From Oscillospiraceae bacterium (GTDB lineage Bacteria > Bacillota > Clostridia > Oscillospirales > Ruminococcaceae): a stretch of DNA of 55,360 bases. The stretch is taken from contig JAFZZV010000081.1 of NCBI GenBank assembly GCA_017828855.1, positions 1 to 55,360 on the forward strand, read 5' to 3'. Shown here in pieces: positions 52,289 to 55,360 of this stretch (position 1 is its first letter; each line of letters starts with the position of its first letter). The translations under genes were made by a program, and so were the position numbers. The notes beneath the pieces were generated by a model. That model did not search any database. It worked only from the letters and a program-made list of their open reading frames with translations, and had not been told where the DNA came from.

Positions 52289-53851
52289 ATGCTTCGAGTA
52301 GTAAAGACCGAGAACGGCATCGTACGGGGCATACCCGCTGCAGATCCCCGCGTGACCGCGTTCAAAGGCATCCCCTTTGCGAAGCCTCCCGTTGGCGAAC
52401 TGCGCTGGAAGGCGCCGCAGCCAGCGGACAACTGGGAAGGTGAACGCGAATGCTACACCTTCTCCCCGATAAACATGCAGACTCCCCCGGGACTGGATCC
52501 CACCAACATCTATGCCAGAGAGTGGAACGTGGACCCGACTATCGAGATGAGCGAAGACAGTCTCTACCTCAACGTATGGACGAACGCCAAGACAGGAAAT
52601 GAGAAGATGCCTGTCATGGTGTGGTTCTTCGGAGGAGGCTACACAGCGGGAAACACCGCTGAGATGGAGTTCGACGGAGAGCGCATTGCAAGAAGAGGTG
52701 TGATACTGGTATCAGTCCAGTACCGTCTCGGTGTTTTCGGGTTCCTTGCGCACCGCGAACTGATGGAAGAGAATCCGGGCGAACCGGTCGGAAACTACGG
52801 TCTCCTTGACCAGCGAGCCGGAGTGCAGTGGGTCATCCGCAACATCGAGGCATTCGGCGGGGACCCGGGGAACATCACGATATTCGGACAGTCTGCCGGC
52901 GCCGGTTCCACTCTGTGCCAGGTCGGTTCTCCCATGAACAAAGGACTGTTCCAGAGAGCAATCTTCGAGAGCGGCGGCGGACTGCGGACATACGGTCAGG
53001 GCGGCGGGTGTATTCCCCTTGAAAAAGCCCTGAGCAACGGAGAGGATTTCTTCAGCACATACGGGATCAGAGGCCTTGCCGAAGCCCGTGCCATGGATGC
53101 CGAAAAGCTCAACGAGATCGGAATGGAATACGTAAGGAAGAACCGCTTCGAGCCGGTAATTGACGGTGTGTTCCTTCCGGAAGATCCCTCCGACATCATG
53201 GCAAGAGGAAACTACCCTGATATAAGCTACTTGTTCGGATGCACCGGTTCGGAAGGCGACATCCCCGCTCCGGGATATGCTCCTCCCAGAAATCTCAAGG
53301 AGCTCAGAGAGTACGGAATGTTCCGTTACGGTGAGAAGTATATCGACGAGTATCTTGAGCTCTGCGGCTGCCGCGACGATGCCGAGGTCGATATGCTCTC
53401 GCACACCGACGACTCTTTCCGAGGCCGCTTCATGAACAACTACCTGTTCCTGGAACAGCGCATCCGCGCCGGAAAGCAGGACAACTGGATGTATGTCTTT
53501 GACGCATCCATGCCCGGATGGGACCGTCCCGGATCCTTCCACTCATCCGAACTGTGGTTCGTGTTCGAGACACTTGCAAAGTGCTGGCGCCCGTTCAAGG
53601 GCAAACACTACGACCTCGCAAGGAAAGTCTGCAACTACTGGACCAACTTCGCCCGCTGCGGAAACCCGAACGGTCTCGATGCTGACGGGACGCCGATGCC
53701 CGAATGGAAGAGCGCGACAGCGGAAGATCACTACATCCACTACCTCAATGAGGACAGGATAGGACCCTACGGCAAGGGCAATTCTCCTCTCGTTAAGTTC
53801 CGCACGAGAGTTACTTTCGAGCAGCTCAAGGAAAGAGGCATCATCAACTGA
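52289..53851 (+). CDS. Type-B carboxylesterase (para-nitrobenzyl esterase-like)
   Basis: 520 aa with FKGIPFAKPPVGELRW, EDSLYLNVWT, VMVWFFGGG, the nucleophile GQSAGAGS, the His loop FHSSELWFVF and NYWTNFARCGNPNG. The RBS is GAAAGGAAGGAAAAAC-ATG. Confidence 0.92.
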   Translation: MLRVVKTENGIVRGIPAADPRVTAFKGIPFAKPPVGELRWKAPQPADNWEGERECYTFSPINMQTPPGLDPTNIYAREWNVDPTIEMSEDSLYLNVWTNAKTGNEKMPVMVWFFGGGYTAGNTAEMEFDGERIARRGVILVSVQYRLGVFGFLAHRELMEENPGEPVGNYGLLDQRAGVQWVIRNIEAFGGDPGNITIFGQSAGAGSTLCQVGSPMNKGLFQRAIFESGGGLRTYGQGGGCIPLEKALSNGEDFFSTYGIRGLAEARAMDAEKLNEIGMEYVRKNRFEPVIDGVFLPEDPSDIMARGNYPDISYLFGCTGSEGDIPAPGYAPPRNLKELREYGMFRYGEKYIDEYLELCGCRDDAEVDMLSHTDDSFRGRFMNNYLFLEQRIRAGKQDNWMYVFDASMPGWDRPGSFHSSELWFVFETLAKCWRPFKGKHYDLARKVCNYWTNFARCGNPNGLDADGTPMPEWKSATAEDHYIHYLNEDRIGPYGKGNSPLVKFRTRVTFEQLKERGIIN

Positions 53852-53893
53852 TTGGCTCTGTTACTTGTGCAGCTTAAAAAGATTACGATCATT

Positions 53894-53930
53894 GCAGGAT
53901 GACCCTCCGGGATCCGGAGGGTCATCCTGC
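53894..53930. terminator. Strong hairpin between convergent genes
   Basis: Perfect 17-bp stem gcaggatgaccctccgg / ccggagggtcatcctgc with a 3-nt loop. The flanking U-tracts are weak. Confidence 0.6.
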
Positions 53931-53944
53931 TGTAAGTTTATGCC

Positions 53945-55252
53945 TTATGCTTCCATGTCCAGCCCGAATATGCCGCTGGTTCCGTTGAAGGTCGCCCATG
54001 GATCGACGCTGTTGTCATGCACCATGACGTTGAAGTGAAGGTGCGGTCCCGTGGCATACCCGGTAGAGCCTACCTTTCCTATCTCGGTCCCTTCTTCCAC
54101 GAACTTTCCCTGCTCAACACTGAGTTCCGCCATATGGAAGTAGTATGTGCGCACGCCGAATCCGTGGTCAATGACAACTGTAAAACCCGAGACCCCGTTA
54201 TACCCCGCGGCGATCACATATCCCGAAGCAGCTGCAAGCACCGGTGTTCCCTCGTCGTCTGCTATATCAACACCGGCATGCCTGGTCGGCACCGGATTGT
54301 CATTGGTATACCTGAAAAGTCCGAATTCAGTGGTGACTACCCCGTCGACCGGCTGTGTAAAGCAATCGTCATAGAACCTTGTCGGAAACCACGAATCGTA
54401 CGTGACATCTATCATAGCGTTGTAAGCGTCCCTGTTGTCGCTGCTTCCTATAGTGGAGCTCTGGGTCTCCTCTGAGATTATCAGATGCTGGACGGTATAC
54501 TCCTCCTCCACCACAGTAAAGGTAAACTCCTCAACGCCTTCCCGTGTCTCGATGATCCCGGAGTACGTCCCCGGAGGGGTGATGTAACTCACGCTGAAGA
54601 GTCCCTTCGCATAGCCCCGGCTGTCGGTGACGAGCGGAAACGGAGCAGCAACTTCTCCTGCCGAGATAATGACTTCGCCCCTGACTCCGGACCCTGTCAC
54701 CGTTATGACGCTGCCTTCCTTTATATGGTCGGTCTGGAAAGATATCTTCATCGGTATCGCGTATTCCAACTGCGCGGAATAGCGCTCCGTTCCTTCGGCT
54801 CTCAGTTCTTCCCCCTTTGTTGTAACGGTGCTGCCTTCCACGTAACAGACCGCCTCGAGCCGGTAGGTCCCGTTTTCAGGATAAAAAAACCTGAACTGTT
54901 CCGCTTTCCCGGCAAAAACGGCTTCCTCTCCCGAATAGACCGTGATATCCGCATCGCTTGCGTTTTCCGGCAATGCAATAACAGCCTGTTCCATATCCGA
55001 GATCGTGATTTTCCCCGTTTCCTCATAAGACAGGGAATAGTTCTCTTCCCCGGCCACGATCTCGGCGAGAGACAGATGCACCTCATCATTTCCTACGCTC
55101 ATGACATCCCTGCAGAAGAGTTCCGTTACCGCGTCCTCCCTGGCAAGCGCCATGACTCTCTGCTCGCGCAGAAACAAAGCCCCTGCCGCTGCGGCAGCGA
55201 GCAACATCAATGCTGTCAGGATCAGCCAGACTTTCTTTCCGCTTTTTCGCAT
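53945..55252 (-). CDS. Membrane-anchored M23 (LytM-type) metallopeptidase
   Basis: The ATG at 55252 follows AGGAGGATACCGCAC. The N-terminal TM segment is VWLILTALMLLAAAAAGALFL. The C-terminal motifs are RHAGVDIA...GTEIGKVGSTGYATGPHLHFNV (HxxxD and HxH). Confidence 0.88.
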   Translation of the reverse strand: MRKSGKKVWLILTALMLLAAAAAGALFLREQRVMALAREDAVTELFCRDVMSVGNDEVHLSLAEIVAGEENYSLSYEETGKITISDMEQAVIALPENASDADITVYSGEEAVFAGKAEQFRFFYPENGTYRLEAVCYVEGSTVTTKGEELRAEGTERYSAQLEYAIPMKISFQTDHIKEGSVITVTGSGVRGEVIISAGEVAAPFPLVTDSRGYAKGLFSVSYITPPGTYSGIIETREGVEEFTFTVVEEEYTVQHLIISEETQSSTIGSSDNRDAYNAMIDVTYDSWFPTRFYDDCFTQPVDGVVTTEFGLFRYTNDNPVPTRHAGVDIADDEGTPVLAAASGYVIAAGYNGVSGFTVVIDHGFGVRTYYFHMAELSVEQGKFVEEGTEIGKVGSTGYATGPHLHFNVMVHDNSVDPWATFNGTSGIFGLDMEA

Positions 55253-55360
55253 GTGCGGTATCCTCCTGTCTTTTCTGTTAAATTGTACCACGGTCCCGTC
55301 GGTATCACTTAACCGAATCGCTGCAGTTTTGCATTATAATCTATTGGGGGATATCTGACA

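Noticed and set aside
53894-53930. Perfect 17-bp palindrome considered as a possible mobile-element end or recombination site
   Set aside because: It is a single copy in the window with no partner repeat, no transposase or integrase nearby, and no target-site duplication. It sits exactly between two convergent stop codons, so I read it as a transcription terminator.
1-55360. Searched for prophage or mobile-element boundaries, CRISPR arrays, rRNA and tRNA genes
   Set aside because: I could find no integrase, transposase or recombinase-like ORF, no spaced direct repeats, and no rRNA or tRNA signatures by eye. Composition looks uniform apart from short AT-rich promoter regions. The window reads as core chromosome.

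Overview
This 55.4-kb window looks like an ordinary chromosomal segment of a moderately GC-rich Firmicutes/Clostridia-type anaerobe. Supporting signs are GGAGG-type ribosome-binding sites (RBS), Ptb/Buk, SpoVK-type AAA+ modules and a SigA-type sigma factor. I can support about 45 protein-coding genes and about 15 hairpin terminators. I found no rRNA, tRNA, CRISPR array, integrase, transposase or prophage signature.

Recognisable content:
- A translationally coupled iorA-iorB-ptb-buk operon.
- An OYE-type 2-enoate reductase and an FAD-dependent oxidoreductase.
- Three type-B carboxylesterase paralogs (one cut by the window edge), two alpha/beta hydrolases and an acyl-ACP thioesterase.
- Peptidases of families M19, M3B (PepF), M29 and M23.
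- glyA, rpoD/sigA, nagB and msrA.
- Transporters: two MFS, one MATE, one alanine/glycine:cation symporter.
- A xylulokinase flanked by two L-fucose-isomerase-family genes.
- A Qnr/MfpA-like pentapeptide-repeat protein.

The best candidate for an undescribed system is a four-gene minus-strand operon (51248 to 44337). It encodes three paralogous membrane proteins followed by a DUF4140/DUF4139 (MuiA-like) protein. Each paralog has an N-terminal zinc ribbon, a variable linker, one TM helix, a TPR-like helical module and Gly/aromatic beta-repeats. The DUF4139 protein carries its own C-terminal zinc ribbon. Two more zinc-ribbon membrane proteins lie elsewhere in the window.

A secondary candidate is a MORN-repeat protein fused to two SpoVK/CbbX-type AAA+ modules, divergently paired with an unknown gene.

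All calls come from reading the translated ORFs and the DNA by eye. No database search was run.
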